Part shown: piece after piece, positions 28,821 through 39,562 of the stretch
Layout of the letters: every line of letters starts with the position of its first letter
Numbering within the stretch: position 1 is the stretch's first letter
Assembly: GCA_000146465.1 (NCBI GenBank)
Contig: CP001949.1
Length of the DNA: 64,000 nt
Reading direction: 5' to 3' (one strand)
Made by a program: the position numbers and the translations under genes
The notes under the pieces: generated by a model
What the model was told of the DNA's origin: nothing
Database searches by the model: none
What the model saw: the letters and a program-made list of their open reading frames with translations, nothing else

Positions 28821-30986
28821 ATGAAATTCAAGAGGACAATACAGAAAACATTTGGATCGTCGAAGATAAAGAGTATACAGGTGCATCCTACCAAGCCGAT
28901 AGGGATAATGGGGCTGTTTTCTGGGGATATCCAGGTTTGGGACATCGACAAAATGGGAATGATAAACAGCATCCATGTGTGTAATGAACCGATAAGAACC
29001 TGTGCAATCTTGAGTAGGATGGACTGGGTACTTGTGGGAAGTGACAACGGAAAGGTTAGCATATACGAACTGGGAAAGTACAGGAAGATCAAGATGTTTC
29101 ATGGGCATGACGACTTCATCAGGAAGATCGAGGTCCACCCACAGGAACCGATGTTTTTGACTGCCTCCGATGATTCGACACTGAAGAGCTGGACATATGA
29201 AGAGGAGATTGTTCAGAAGATGGTATACACAGGACACAAGCACTTTGTAATGGATGTTTGTTTTTACCCGAATGACTGCAGTAAGTTCGTATCGTGCTCT
29301 CTGGACTCCACAATCAAGGTATGGCACATAGGACAGCCGCATTGTGTGAAAACGTTCAAGGGACACGCGTCTGGAGTAAACAGTATATGCTTTCTGAGTG
29401 GAGATTATCTGGTTTCTGGGGCAGACGACCTAACATTGAAGGTTTGGGACTTCCAAACAACACAGTGCATAACAACCCTCGCAGGACATACAAACAATGT
29501 CAACAAGGTGTATCCGTTTAGTAGCTTCTCTCTTTTTGCTTCATGTGGAGAGGATGGAAGCATGCGGCTATGGAACAGCAAGACATTCAAGCAGGAGGAT
29601 CTGATTATGCTGCAAGGGGGAAGAGTATGGGATGTGAAGGAGAAGGACGGAAGGATAATTGTTGGGTGTGATGAAGAGCTTGTCTTTATCAATGCTTGGC
29701 AGGGATCATCTCTTGTTCGGATGAGTAGGAACAGAATATTCTACTCTGCATCTGGGTCTATGTTTGGTACCAGGAGTGACAACATAGGTGTGGTCAAAGA
29801 GTTGCATAACATTGGATTCTACCCCGACGAGTTAGAGGTGTCCCCGAGTGGAAAGACAATAGCAGTTGGGAACGAGGGAGAGTTTAAGATCTTTTCATCT
29901 CTGGGATTTCGAAACAAGTTTGGCGGAGAGGGAAGAGATTTCCACTTCATAGAGGATGATGAATTTGTTGTGAGAAACGGAGAGGTTGTGAACTTCTACA
30001 AGAAGGCCGAAGTGATCCGAAGTATTAGCATCAAGGGGATCAGCAAAGTGTTTTTTCTAAGTCCTAGGTTGATAGGATGCAATGTCTGCGATCAGACGAG
30101 AATTTACCTATCTACTGGAGAGTTCGTGTCATCTGTTAGTCATGCGTCCGACCATCTTGCCATGATCGGAGACTTTCTGATTGCATGTGGAGCATTTATA
30201 AGCATCTACAGAGTGGACCATGAAGTGATCAACGGGTTTATTGAACAGGAGATTGAGATTCCAGAGGAAGGGATAAAGGAAGCATTAATACATCTTGGGA
30301 CTGAGTACTATTCGGTAGCATCCTGGTGTGCAAAAGAAGATGTTTTCTACTTTGTATCAAATGGTAAGGGATACTATCTCATCCTGGGAGACAAGCCATA
30401 TGTATATCATTTTTCATCTATTGACGGCACAATTGCCGGAGTTGAGAACGGAGTTCTGTTTTATCTCCGCGACAAATCAATTGAGTGCAAAAGGATAGAT
30501 GGGGAGTTTCTTGAGTTCCAAAGATCTGTAATACTTGGGAAAGAATACAAGGTGACGGAGGGGATCCGCAGTAAGGCGATTGCATTTTTCGAGTCTCTGG
30601 AAATGCACGAGAATGCTCTAGATCTTTGCATAGACGACAACCAGAGATTTGAGATTCTTCTCAAGCTGGACAGGTATGATGAGGCATTTTCAAAAGCAAA
30701 CAGTATAGTCAAGTATGACAAGCTTGGAAGATACTTTCTCAGGGCCGGAGAGCTTCCGAAGGCATCTGAATGCTTTCTTAAGTCGAGGAACTGGGTAAGC
30801 TTGCTCCTTTCAGACATTCTATCTTCGAAGAAAAATCTTTCTCTTGCAGCATCCGAGTGTAAAAAAGAGGGAAGGCTGAACCATGCATTCTTCGCATACC
30901 TCAAGAGCGGACAGTATATTGAGTGTGCCAAACTGCTGGAAAAAACTCCTTTCTCGACCTTGTTTGCTAAGAACTATCTTGATTAA
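28821..30986 (+). CDS. SEC27: Coatomer beta' subunit (COPB2/Sec27)
   Basis: The N-terminal double WD propeller is collinear with Sec27 (IQVHPTKPIGIMGLFSGDIQVWD...GSDNGKVSIYE...HDDFIRKIEVHPQEPMFLTASDDSTLKSW...), followed by an alpha-solenoid. Confidence 0.85.
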   Translation: MKFKRTIQKTFGSSKIKSIQVHPTKPIGIMGLFSGDIQVWDIDKMGMINSIHVCNEPIRTCAILSRMDWVLVGSDNGKVSIYELGKYRKIKMFHGHDDFIRKIEVHPQEPMFLTASDDSTLKSWTYEEEIVQKMVYTGHKHFVMDVCFYPNDCSKFVSCSLDSTIKVWHIGQPHCVKTFKGHASGVNSICFLSGDYLVSGADDLTLKVWDFQTTQCITTLAGHTNNVNKVYPFSSFSLFASCGEDGSMRLWNSKTFKQEDLIMLQGGRVWDVKEKDGRIIVGCDEELVFINAWQGSSLVRMSRNRIFYSASGSMFGTRSDNIGVVKELHNIGFYPDELEVSPSGKTIAVGNEGEFKIFSSLGFRNKFGGEGRDFHFIEDDEFVVRNGEVVNFYKKAEVIRSISIKGISKVFFLSPRLIGCNVCDQTRIYLSTGEFVSSVSHASDHLAMIGDFLIACGAFISIYRVDHEVINGFIEQEIEIPEEGIKEALIHLGTEYYSVASWCAKEDVFYFVSNGKGYYLILGDKPYVYHFSSIDGTIAGVENGVLFYLRDKSIECKRIDGEFLEFQRSVILGKEYKVTEGIRSKAIAFFESLEMHENALDLCIDDNQRFEILLKLDRYDEAFSKANSIVKYDKLGRYFLRAGELPKASECFLKSRNWVSLLLSDILSSKKNLSLAASECKKEGRLNHAFFAYLKSGQYIECAKLLEKTPFSTLFAKNYLD

Positions 30987-31054
30987 ATAAGTCGGTGGCT
31001 ATGTTCTTCTTTCCAGGACCCGGGATACACAAATTCTGATAGGAAGGATCCCTG

Positions 31055-32122
31055 ATGGAGAATCTAGAAAAATGGTATCCGATAGAGGTGACCACACACA
31101 ACTTGCATTTCCATGAGGAAGCATCCATATTCACAATGCATGGGAATGAAGAGTTTATAGCCACGGGAGGAGGGGATAAGGATATAAGACTGTGGAGGGT
31201 GGAAAAAAGTGCATCTAAGAACAAGGATTTTTGTTATACCACGGCAGCCAACTCCTCTATAAAGATAAGATATCACACAGTACTTTCTGGACATCACAGG
31301 AGCGTTAATTGTGTCAGATTTCAAGGGGATCTATTAGCATCTTGTTCCGATGGTGGAGAAGTCATCTTGTGGAGCGGAGAAAAGCCGCATGTAGTCCGAA
31401 GGATTGATGGAGATGATGCATATGAGCTTGTCTGGGGAAATGGGCATCTCTTTGTTGGGTTTTCCAGCGGAAACATATTGGTGTACCAGGTGACTCTGAA
31501 CAACGAATCTCTTAGAGGGGACGAAAACCATTCCAACTCGAGAGCTTCAAAGGACGAGGATGAGAAAAAGAAAGATTGGAGCCAGGAGATATCTACCAAG
31601 TTGGTGCAGAAGGTACAATGCCATGGAGATATAATACAGGGATTGGCATTTAACCATCGCTTTGGAGTCCTAACATCTTTAAGCAAAGACCGCACGGGAA
31701 GGACGTTTGTGTTTACCGACAAGCTTGTTGCAATAGAGAAAATGGAATATGTTGATGGAGAGAGGCTCTTTACAGCGGGAAGAGGCTTCTTTAGAAGGTT
31801 TTCATACTCTCCAGATGGGAAACTTTTATATCTTGCATGCTGCAAATCCAACACTGTTGCTGTACTTCACTATCCATTCCGAATGGAGCACATGTATGGA
31901 ACAATGGGACCCTTTGACTCGGAACCTTTGAGAATAATGTGTGATGAAAATAAGGTGTTTATTGCAACCAAGAAGAACTTGTATGTGTTTGCGGATCAGA
32001 AGCTGGAGTTCTGTGTAGAAAACATTTCCTTTATGACCATAACAGATGGATGGGTGTTTGATGGAATTTGCTTTCTGTGTTCCTTGGACGGATTTCTGTC
32101 ATCGTTGAGCATGAAAAGATGA
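31055..32122 (+). CDS. WD40 protein of the CAF-1 p60 (Cac2)/HIRA family
   Basis: N-terminus TGGGDKDIRLWRV...HHRSVNCVRFQGDLLASCSDGGEVILW, typical of chromatin assembly factor B-type propellers. Confidence 0.5.
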   Translation: MENLEKWYPIEVTTHNLHFHEEASIFTMHGNEEFIATGGGDKDIRLWRVEKSASKNKDFCYTTAANSSIKIRYHTVLSGHHRSVNCVRFQGDLLASCSDGGEVILWSGEKPHVVRRIDGDDAYELVWGNGHLFVGFSSGNILVYQVTLNNESLRGDENHSNSRASKDEDEKKKDWSQEISTKLVQKVQCHGDIIQGLAFNHRFGVLTSLSKDRTGRTFVFTDKLVAIEKMEYVDGERLFTAGRGFFRRFSYSPDGKLLYLACCKSNTVAVLHYPFRMEHMYGTMGPFDSEPLRIMCDENKVFIATKKNLYVFADQKLEFCVENISFMTITDGWVFDGICFLCSLDGFLSSLSMKR

Positions 32123-32174
32123 CTGGGCTTGGATTTAGTGGCGAATATTTGCAAACTGGTTGACAAGCCCCTAG

Positions 32175-33263
32175 ATGGGGATCCAAGACAAGATTAACGA
32201 GATAGAGGCGGAGATGGCTAGAACCCAGAAGAACAAGAAGACCGAACATCATCTTGGGATTCTTAAGGCAAAGCTTGCAAGATACAGGCATGAGCTGGAT
32301 GCGCCGAAGACCAAGTCTCTGAAAAATGATGGGTTTGAGGTCTCGAAAAGTGGAGATGCTAGGGTTGTTCTTATTGGGTTCCCTAGTGTTGGAAAGTCAA
32401 CTCTTCTGTCAAAGATCACAGGGACCCATAGTAAAGCAGCAGAACACGAGTTTACCACTCTAGACTGCATATCTGGAAAGATGTGCTTGAATGACACATG
32501 GATCCAAGTGCTAGATCTTCCAGGAATTGTTTCAGGGGCTGCACAAAATAGAGGGAGAGGACGGCAAGTGATAAGTGTTGCAAGAACAGCAGACTTGATC
32601 CTAATGGTTCTTGATCCCCGAAGGCATGAGGACAGGAAGATTCTTGAAAACGAATTATATGAGATGGGCATAAGATTAAACAAGGAGAAGCCTGACATAT
32701 CTCTCACATATACAGCAAATGGAGGAATAAACATCGGGGTAACATTGCAGCTCACAAAGACAACTGAAGATACAATAAGAGCCATTCTACGGGAGTACAA
32801 AATTAACAATTGCCAGATGTTTATAAGAGAGGATGTATGCGATGATGATGTCATAGACTTGATTAGCGGATCTGCCGTCTATATAGATTGTTTGTATGTG
32901 TACAACAAAATAGACGAACTTTCTCTGGAGGACTTCAACAAGATTGCAGAATGTCCCAACAGTACGCCCATAAGCTGCCAAAAAGGCTGGAATATCGATG
33001 CATTGCTTGAAGACATCTGGTCCAAGCTGAAGCTCACAAGGGTTTACACAAAGAAGAAGGGAATACCCCCGGCTTTAGACAACCCTGTGGTGATAAAGGA
33101 AGGAGGAACAGTGAGGGATCTTTGTGTTCAGATCCACAAGGATTTTCTGCAAGGTTTCAAATATGCACTGGTCTGGGGAACTAGTGCAAAACATAGCCCG
33201 CAGAAGGTCGGGCTTGGACACATGCTAGAAGATGAAGATGTGGTTCAGATATTTCTGAAGTAG
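32175..33263 (+). CDS. DRG: Developmentally regulated GTP-binding protein (DRG/Rbg1), Obg family with a TGS domain
   Basis: GIQDKINEIEAEMARTQKNKKTEHHLG...G1 motif GFPSVGKSTLL, DLPGI, and a TGS-like C-terminus. Confidence 0.9.
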   Translation: MGIQDKINEIEAEMARTQKNKKTEHHLGILKAKLARYRHELDAPKTKSLKNDGFEVSKSGDARVVLIGFPSVGKSTLLSKITGTHSKAAEHEFTTLDCISGKMCLNDTWIQVLDLPGIVSGAAQNRGRGRQVISVARTADLILMVLDPRRHEDRKILENELYEMGIRLNKEKPDISLTYTANGGINIGVTLQLTKTTEDTIRAILREYKINNCQMFIREDVCDDDVIDLISGSAVYIDCLYVYNKIDELSLEDFNKIAECPNSTPISCQKGWNIDALLEDIWSKLKLTRVYTKKKGIPPALDNPVVIKEGGTVRDLCVQIHKDFLQGFKYALVWGTSAKHSPQKVGLGHMLEDEDVVQIFLK

Positions 33264-33264
33264 T

Positions 33265-34587
33265 TTAGTTCTGCATGTATCTATCGAGATATATCTTCAT
33301 GTCGCCATCTGCCTTGGAATAAGCCTGGAGGAATATGGAGTAGACAGCATCCTTTTCTCTTTTCTTGTACATCCTAGCAACATTCTTAAATAAATCGTTT
33401 CTTATGAAGTACCTGTGTGTGAATCTACTGCTGCAAGACACAGTATGAAGGAGTACTTTGGAGACAAACACTTCGTTTACACCATCTCTGTGGTCGGACA
33501 GAAATATCTTCTTCATCAGCCCAGTGTTAATGAGAAATTCTCTTGCCCTGAATCCATGGTTATTAAGCAGGTACAGCAAAAGGTTCTGGAAATCTGGATG
33601 GTGTTCCATAATTCCGAGGAGGTTAAAAACTTCCGTGTAGAATGTATCTAGTTTTTCGGACTTACATACATCCAGTAATATGTACAGTCCCTCGAGTGCA
33701 TACAAAAGACTATCATCCAAGGGCTTTCTGCTAACCAGATCCTTGATCTTGGAGAGGATGTATTTAAAGTCTACAGCCTCGGACATTTTCTCTCGGAATA
33801 TAAAGCAGAGATAGTAGAATGTCTCAAAAAGATAGATGTTTTCTTTAGGTCTGTGGATTCTCTCAAGATACGTCTCCACACTTCCGATCTTATACCCGTT
33901 CCCACTGCATCTCTTGAGGAGGTCCCTTATCTCCTCATCAGACATTTCTGTTATTTTGCTCTCGCTTCTTGCCAATTCTTGCCTGTTTATGATAATGAGG
34001 AAGTCCTCGAAGGTCCTTGCAGTAGAGCCACCAAGATTCTTTTCTATGATTTCCCTATAAAATCCATATGGGGTGACTCTGCTCTTAGAAGGAACCTCAA
34101 ACAGTTCAAAAACCTTCTCTCCATTCTTAAGCAACATCTTAAACAGATGGAGACTCTCCATCTTCAGAAGTTCCAACACTCCATCCCTACTTTCAAGCAT
34201 TTTTTCAAATACAGAGTTGTCTGCGTATTTCCCGATGCCGAGAAGCTCTGCAAAGAGATTTACCTCCTTTCCAAAGGAAGTGCATTCTCTTTCCCTATCT
34301 AATTCCTCGAGGCTCCAGAAGGTCTTTTCCATAAATTCAGCGAAACTATCTCTAATTTCCTCACCTTCAAAACAGATGGCATATTCCTCAAAATCATCAT
34401 ATACAATTGCAACGTTTTTTTCCGATCTTCCACAGTGCTTCTGGCAAAGAGATATTTCAATACACCTTTCAGATCTATCGTCCTCGACAAAGATACAATT
34501 CTTTGCAATGTAGAGTATTGTTCCTGTGCATAGGTCTTCCCACTCGTCCTTCACATTTTTGAAGATCCTAGCCTTTATGAGAGCCAT
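33265..34587 (-). CDS. Protein phosphatase 4 regulatory subunit 3 (SMEK/Psy2)-like
   Basis: N-terminal EVH1/RanBD-like pattern (VKDEWEDLCTGTI...IAKNCIFVED...AICFEGEEIRDSFAEFMEK) followed by ARM-like helices. Confidence 0.5.
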   Translation of the reverse strand: MALIKARIFKNVKDEWEDLCTGTILYIAKNCIFVEDDRSERCIEISLCQKHCGRSEKNVAIVYDDFEEYAICFEGEEIRDSFAEFMEKTFWSLEELDRERECTSFGKEVNLFAELLGIGKYADNSVFEKMLESRDGVLELLKMESLHLFKMLLKNGEKVFELFEVPSKSRVTPYGFYREIIEKNLGGSTARTFEDFLIIINRQELARSESKITEMSDEEIRDLLKRCSGNGYKIGSVETYLERIHRPKENIYLFETFYYLCFIFREKMSEAVDFKYILSKIKDLVSRKPLDDSLLYALEGLYILLDVCKSEKLDTFYTEVFNLLGIMEHHPDFQNLLLYLLNNHGFRAREFLINTGLMKKIFLSDHRDGVNEVFVSKVLLHTVSCSSRFTHRYFIRNDLFKNVARMYKKREKDAVYSIFLQAYSKADGDMKIYLDRYMQN

Positions 34588-34661
34588 GAGGGATCTATTG
34601 TGTGAAAGATATTCATCAAAAGGTACAAATGTTTATTGTATTTTGGCTCTCTTTGAAGCTA

Positions 34662-35630
34662 TCATAATCCAAAACCAGGATCGATTTTCTTAAGACCTTT
34701 GTATCCAAGTAGAGAGAGCCCGGCCAGAGAAAACATGAGATGATATAAGTCAACTTCGTCTCCAGGTCTATCAGAGAATCCCCCACTCCGTCCTTGGCAG
34801 GACAATATGAAATTCTCCAACCTCTCTTGATTCACACAATTTTCTTTTCCAATAAGCACAAGAGAAGAGTATGCCCAAAACGAATAGCAAACATCTTCCT
34901 TCTTGCTCACCCTTCCAGAAAGACCTCCAGATCTTGCCTGCTTCTTGACTATAAATCTAGAGATACTTTCCTTGTCGACAAGCTCCAAAGCCCCAAGAGA
35001 CCTTAGCGTGCTTAGGCAACAGAACACTTGTGCAGCATGAGATTCAGCACCCTCAACAGCCCCAAATCCCCCATCCAGATTGTAACATTTTTGAATATAT
35101 TGAACAATAGCTTTCAAATCAACCCCAACCTCCGACAAAAACACCTTGCACGCCGGCCTAGACAAACTTTCGGGATCAAAATCTCCCCTTTCCAAAAGAG
35201 ACAGTAACTGCAGCCCCAAGACTCCGCAGCAGCTGATTCGGGTGTCTATCTCTCCATACCTGTCATTGTAGAAATATCCCTCCGGCTGCAGCAGTCCTGA
35301 TATAAATAAAGCAGTGTTCCTGTCACGGTAAGCTATGCGATAGATGTAGAGTATTTGCAGGGCATGGAAGGTACTTGTTATGTTGGAAGGGTATCCCTTG
35401 CATCCTCCAAACCCTCCATCGTCATTCTTACAGTTCATTACATACTCGATTATTCGGTCCTTCATTCTTAGCATCTCCTCCCTTCCCAACATCGATAGGG
35501 AGTTCACAGACCAGTATATAGTGCTGAGTCTGTATGGCTCCGTCAAGTAATACAGGAAGTTCTTTGTGTCTATCATACTTTGGATAAAAGAACAGTGTTC
35601 ATCAACCTTTAAACTCATTCCAGGGCCCAA
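34662..35630 (-). CDS. BET2: Geranylgeranyltransferase type II beta subunit (Bet2)
   Basis: Prenyltransferase alpha-alpha toroid repeats with recurring GGFGG/DGGF motifs. Confidence 0.8.
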   Translation of the reverse strand: MGPGMSLKVDEHCSFIQSMIDTKNFLYYLTEPYRLSTIYWSVNSLSMLGREEMLRMKDRIIEYVMNCKNDDGGFGGCKGYPSNITSTFHALQILYIYRIAYRDRNTALFISGLLQPEGYFYNDRYGEIDTRISCCGVLGLQLLSLLERGDFDPESLSRPACKVFLSEVGVDLKAIVQYIQKCYNLDGGFGAVEGAESHAAQVFCCLSTLRSLGALELVDKESISRFIVKKQARSGGLSGRVSKKEDVCYSFWAYSSLVLIGKENCVNQERLENFILSCQGRSGGFSDRPGDEVDLYHLMFSLAGLSLLGYKGLKKIDPGFGL

Positions 35631-35786
35631 ATTTCTTGTCTTCCTTAAAAACTGCTTTGCTTAAAAGAAAAGACACAGGTGCAGAGTCTGGTCCCTCTTG
35701 AATCTGTTGTAGACTCAGGTACAGAGATTTGATAAAGATTGAAATGTCTTTAAAAGTATTTACATTCAATCAAAACAAAAACAAAG

Positions 35787-37466
35787 ATGAATGAAGTTGA
35801 AAGCAACAATCACACTCCTCTTCATCCAGATATTCCCACAGAGGACCAGATAGAAGAGGAAGCTAACAGCAGGCGAGGGATTCTTCGATATTTCAGGGTA
35901 GCAAAAGTAGAGTACACAAAATTCACTGTTTTGGGATTGATGTTTGGAATAATTGGTTTCATATACTCGTTCATGAGGATTCTTAAGGACATGTTTGTGA
36001 TGGTGAGACAGGAGCCTACAACAATACTGTTCATCAAGATCTTTTACATTCTTCCTGTTTCCATGGCCCTTGTGTTCCTCATACAATATATGCTGGGGAC
36101 AAAGACGGTGTCGCGAATCTTCTCCATCTTTTGCGGGGGATTTGCATCTCTGTTCTTTTTCTGTGGTGTTGTGTTTCTGATTGAGGAGCAAGTTGCTCCT
36201 TCCAAGTTTCTCTTCCGTGACATGTTTGTTGACGGGAAGATGTCCACTAGAGGCCTCAATGTCTTCAAATCGATGTTTCTGACCTTAAATGAGCCTCTTG
36301 CCACAATCGTCTTCATCTCGGCCGAGATGTGGGGAAGCCTTGTCCTGTCCTATCTTTTCCTGAGTTTTCTGAATGAATCGTGCACAATCAAACAGTTTTC
36401 GAGGTTTATTCCCCCTCTCATAATCATCACAAACGTGTCGTTGTTTCTTTCTGCAACAGTGGCTGGAGCCTTTTTCAAGCTTCGAGAAAAACTAGCCTAC
36501 CAACAAAATCAGTTTCTACTCTCGGGAATATTCATCTCCCAAGGCCTTCTTGTGGTCTTGGTGATCTTCCTGAAGATATATCTTGAGAGAGTGGCAATGA
36601 AAAAGCCCTTGTTCATCGTCTCCTCCGGATCAAGAAGAAAGAAAGCTAAGCCCAACGTGTCTTTTTCAGAGGGCCTTGAGATCATGTCGCAGTCAAAGTT
36701 ACTTCTTGCCATGTCTCTCATTGTCTTGTTCTTCAACATTTCCTACAACATGATCGAGTCTACATTCAAAGTCGGAGTTAAGGTTGCTGCAGAATACTTC
36801 AATGAAGAGAAGGGCAAGTACTCCGGAAAGTTCAATAGAATTGACCAGTATCTTACCTCGACAGTGGTCATATGTCTCAACTTGTCGCCCTTTTCAAGCT
36901 ATGTTGAGACAAGAGGATTTCTTCTTGTTGGGGTCATAACGCCGATTGTGACGCTTCTGGCCATTACTCTTTTCTTGGGGTCTTCACTTTACAACACCAG
37001 TATGGAAGAGTCTGGAATTGGAATTGTAAATAGCCTCTTTCCAAGAGGAAAGCCACTTTACATTCTTGAAAATTACTCCGGGATAATCTTCATGTCCTTG
37101 CTGAAGATCACAAAGTACTCTGCATTTGACATCTGTAAGGAGAAGCTTGGGATGAGAATCAATCCCACATACCGGGCAAGATTCAAGAGTGTGTACGATG
37201 GGATCTTTGGAAAGCTTGGGAAATCAATAGGATCCATATATGGATTACTGATGTTCGAAGCCTTAGACACCGAGGACCTTAGAAAGGCAACACCCATAAC
37301 TGTGGGAATCATCTTCATCTTTGTTGTTATGTGGATAAAAGCAATCATCTATCTGTCAAGATCCTATGATTCTGCAGTACTACACAATAGAGACGTCGAC
37401 ATCGATATGACTGAGAAGGCCAAGAAAAGTATGGAAACATCCGAGCCTTCAAAAGCTGTAGATTAA
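35787..37466 (+). CDS. NTT: ADP/ATP (nucleotide) translocase of the NTT/TLC family
   Basis: 559 aa with 11-12 transmembrane helices and collinear similarity to the Tlc/NTT carriers of microsporidia, Rickettsia and plastids. Confidence 0.8.
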   Translation: MNEVESNNHTPLHPDIPTEDQIEEEANSRRGILRYFRVAKVEYTKFTVLGLMFGIIGFIYSFMRILKDMFVMVRQEPTTILFIKIFYILPVSMALVFLIQYMLGTKTVSRIFSIFCGGFASLFFFCGVVFLIEEQVAPSKFLFRDMFVDGKMSTRGLNVFKSMFLTLNEPLATIVFISAEMWGSLVLSYLFLSFLNESCTIKQFSRFIPPLIIITNVSLFLSATVAGAFFKLREKLAYQQNQFLLSGIFISQGLLVVLVIFLKIYLERVAMKKPLFIVSSGSRRKKAKPNVSFSEGLEIMSQSKLLLAMSLIVLFFNISYNMIESTFKVGVKVAAEYFNEEKGKYSGKFNRIDQYLTSTVVICLNLSPFSSYVETRGFLLVGVITPIVTLLAITLFLGSSLYNTSMEESGIGIVNSLFPRGKPLYILENYSGIIFMSLLKITKYSAFDICKEKLGMRINPTYRARFKSVYDGIFGKLGKSIGSIYGLLMFEALDTEDLRKATPITVGIIFIFVVMWIKAIIYLSRSYDSAVLHNRDVDIDMTEKAKKSMETSEPSKAVD

Positions 37467-37502
37467 AAGCACAATTCAAGACTGTTTTATTCTTCATGAT
37501 TT

Positions 37503-37769
37503 TCAAATATGGCCTTCGGCCTTGCTAGAGGAGTTGAAAAAGCCATAGCGTGCAATTCTTTCCATATAGGACTTGTTTTCCTTATCACGATTTCTTATCC
37601 TGAATGCCCCGTAGACCGACACAGATAAAATAAACAAACAGGCCAAAATGCATTGGAGAGTTGCATATTCCAAGAAAGATATGGAAGTATACATCTTGGT
37701 TACACATGTAGAGATAAACATGAGTAAAAGCAAACTTCTGGCCATCGGTATACTTTTGGCTTCCTGCAT
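37503..37769 (-). CDS. Possible small two-TM membrane protein (88 aa)
   Basis: Only ORF in a 365-bp gap; two hydrophobic helices. Confidence 0.25.
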   Translation of the reverse strand: MQEAKSIPMARSLLLLMFISTCVTKMYTSISFLEYATLQCILACLFILSVSVYGAFRIRNRDKENKSYMERIARYGFFNSSSKAEGHI

Positions 37770-37831
37770 TTGGGGTCATTCTCTGCCGCTTCAAATGTGA
37801 AATGCAGCAGGTAGTAACGAGTAAGAAGCGC

Positions 37832-38131
37832 TTACGATTCGACTGTGAGCCTGTATCCACATTCACAGGAATAGAAGACTGTTTGGCCCTCGTCGGTAGA
37901 TCTCAGCTGCACTGTATTGTACATCATTTCTTCAGCACCGCACCCGGGACATCGATGCTTTATCTTTGCACCTTCCACTTCTATGACTTCTATATGAGAA
38001 TCTCTTTGAACTTCAATTTCGGTGAAGACAGGCTTTATCATCTCGATACTATTTTCTCTCTTGCATCGGAGGCATTCCACTTTGCTGCTGTTGGATTTGA
38101 TATAGATTAACGTTCCACAAATACAAAACAT
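37832..38131 (-). CDS. RNA polymerase subunit with a TFIIS-type C-terminal zinc ribbon (Rpb9/Rpc11/Rpa12 family)
   Basis: Paired CxxC zinc-ribbon motifs: CxxxxxxC / CxRC near the N-terminus, and CPGCGAEEMMYNTVQLRSTDEGQTVFYSCECG at the C-terminus. Confidence 0.7.
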   Translation of the reverse strand: MFCICGTLIYIKSNSSKVECLRCKRENSIEMIKPVFTEIEVQRDSHIEVIEVEGAKIKHRCPGCGAEEMMYNTVQLRSTDEGQTVFYSCECGYRLTVES

Positions 38132-38312
38132 ACTGGGCCTAGATTTTGAAGAATCTTATATGGAAAGAAATGAAGATTTGGTGCAGCTGGAGCAGAGCGT
38201 CAGTGCGGAGTGAAACCTACGGCCAGCTTCATGTGGAGGATGCATGAATAGGAAAATCTAGAAATTAATAGATACCTTCTGGAGATAAAATAGTGGGGAA
38301 CCTGCCCTAAAC

Positions 38313-39542
38313 ATGGGGGGAGTTCAAATTGGTGGGAAAATAGGTAGAAGCATGGATGGAAAAATGAAAGAGGGAGATATGAAGAAATCTAGAAATATCC
38401 ACCTGGACTTGGAGGAAGTGGCAATGTGCAGCATAGAGGCTCTTAAAGCCAATCCCTCCAATGTTGAAGCTCTATATAGTCTAGGAAAATACCATATAGA
38501 AAACAAAAATATAGATGAAGTAGAGACTATTGCAAATAAGTTGTTTGAATTAGAGGAGGAATCTTACGAGGCATGTGTACTAAGTGGGCACATAGGTCTG
38601 CAGACAAGTGAGCTAGATAAGAGCTACGAGAACTTTGTGAAGGCATATGGCAAGGTAGAATACAAAGACAAGTTTCTGATATATGGAATCTCGCTTTTTT
38701 ACGAAGCCTTAGGAGACTATGCAAGTGAAAGACCCTGGCTTGTACTTCTGAATAAGCTGGGGGTAGAGGAGTACAAGAGCTATGAAGTTTTGTTTAGAAC
38801 AGGTGTTTGTCTTAAGAAAATGAACAGACTTCAAGACTCGATCAATGTCTTCCGTGTGATCTTGTACGATCCCGTATCGGATACCTATGATCCCTATGCT
38901 CAAATCCAGATGGCACACCTTTACGAGATGCAGTCCAAGCATGACCTTGCAATCGAGATCTTGAGCAGGATAAAGAAGGAAGGAAAGCTCAACCTTATGG
39001 TTTCGAGACTCCATGCATGGATAGACTTCAAGGTTGGGAACTTTCGGAGAGTAAGGAAGCGGCATAAAGAAGATAGTGATACTATTGACGATCCTTATCT
39101 CCTGTATCTAGCCGGAAGGATAAAGTACATGGAGAAGAACTACACAGATGCACTGAGAAAGTATATGAAGGTTATTCAAACAGATTCCATCTGTGGAATG
39201 GTGCACAACTCTATAGGATGCATATACCTTCGGCAAGGAAATCTTGTATCTGCAAAGATTGCCTTCATAAATGCCCTAGAGGCCAATCCAAGGTTTTCTG
39301 AAGCATCAATGAATCTCAAGCATATCGAAAAAATCATACCTAAGAAAACAAAGGAAACCATCGAACCGCTGGAGGACATTCTATACAATCCGAGAGAACT
39401 ACCTCCATCAATCGGGAGAACAAGATACCTTGACTCTGGAGGGGTTTTTTCTGATCCGGTGTATAACATCCACCCTCGGATGTTTAGAATTCTTCTTCCG
39501 ATGAAAACATCTAAACTCGAGTTACTTCCTGGACGATCTTAA
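38313..39542 (+). CDS. TPR-repeat protein
   Basis: Multiple 34-aa TPR-like repeats (AL..LGKYH, A...LGDY, A.IN.ALE.NP). Confidence 0.45.
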   Translation: MGGVQIGGKIGRSMDGKMKEGDMKKSRNIHLDLEEVAMCSIEALKANPSNVEALYSLGKYHIENKNIDEVETIANKLFELEEESYEACVLSGHIGLQTSELDKSYENFVKAYGKVEYKDKFLIYGISLFYEALGDYASERPWLVLLNKLGVEEYKSYEVLFRTGVCLKKMNRLQDSINVFRVILYDPVSDTYDPYAQIQMAHLYEMQSKHDLAIEILSRIKKEGKLNLMVSRLHAWIDFKVGNFRRVRKRHKEDSDTIDDPYLLYLAGRIKYMEKNYTDALRKYMKVIQTDSICGMVHNSIGCIYLRQGNLVSAKIAFINALEANPRFSEASMNLKHIEKIIPKKTKETIEPLEDILYNPRELPPSIGRTRYLDSGGVFSDPVYNIHPRMFRILLPMKTSKLELLPGRS

Positions 39543-39562
39543 ACAGCTTATTAAATTGAAAG

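Noticed and set aside
29278-29283. GTAAGT inside the coatomer beta' gene
   Set aside because: It lies in a continuous, well-conserved WD-repeat coding segment. There is no TAATTTTAG-type 3' end downstream, and splicing would destroy the frame.
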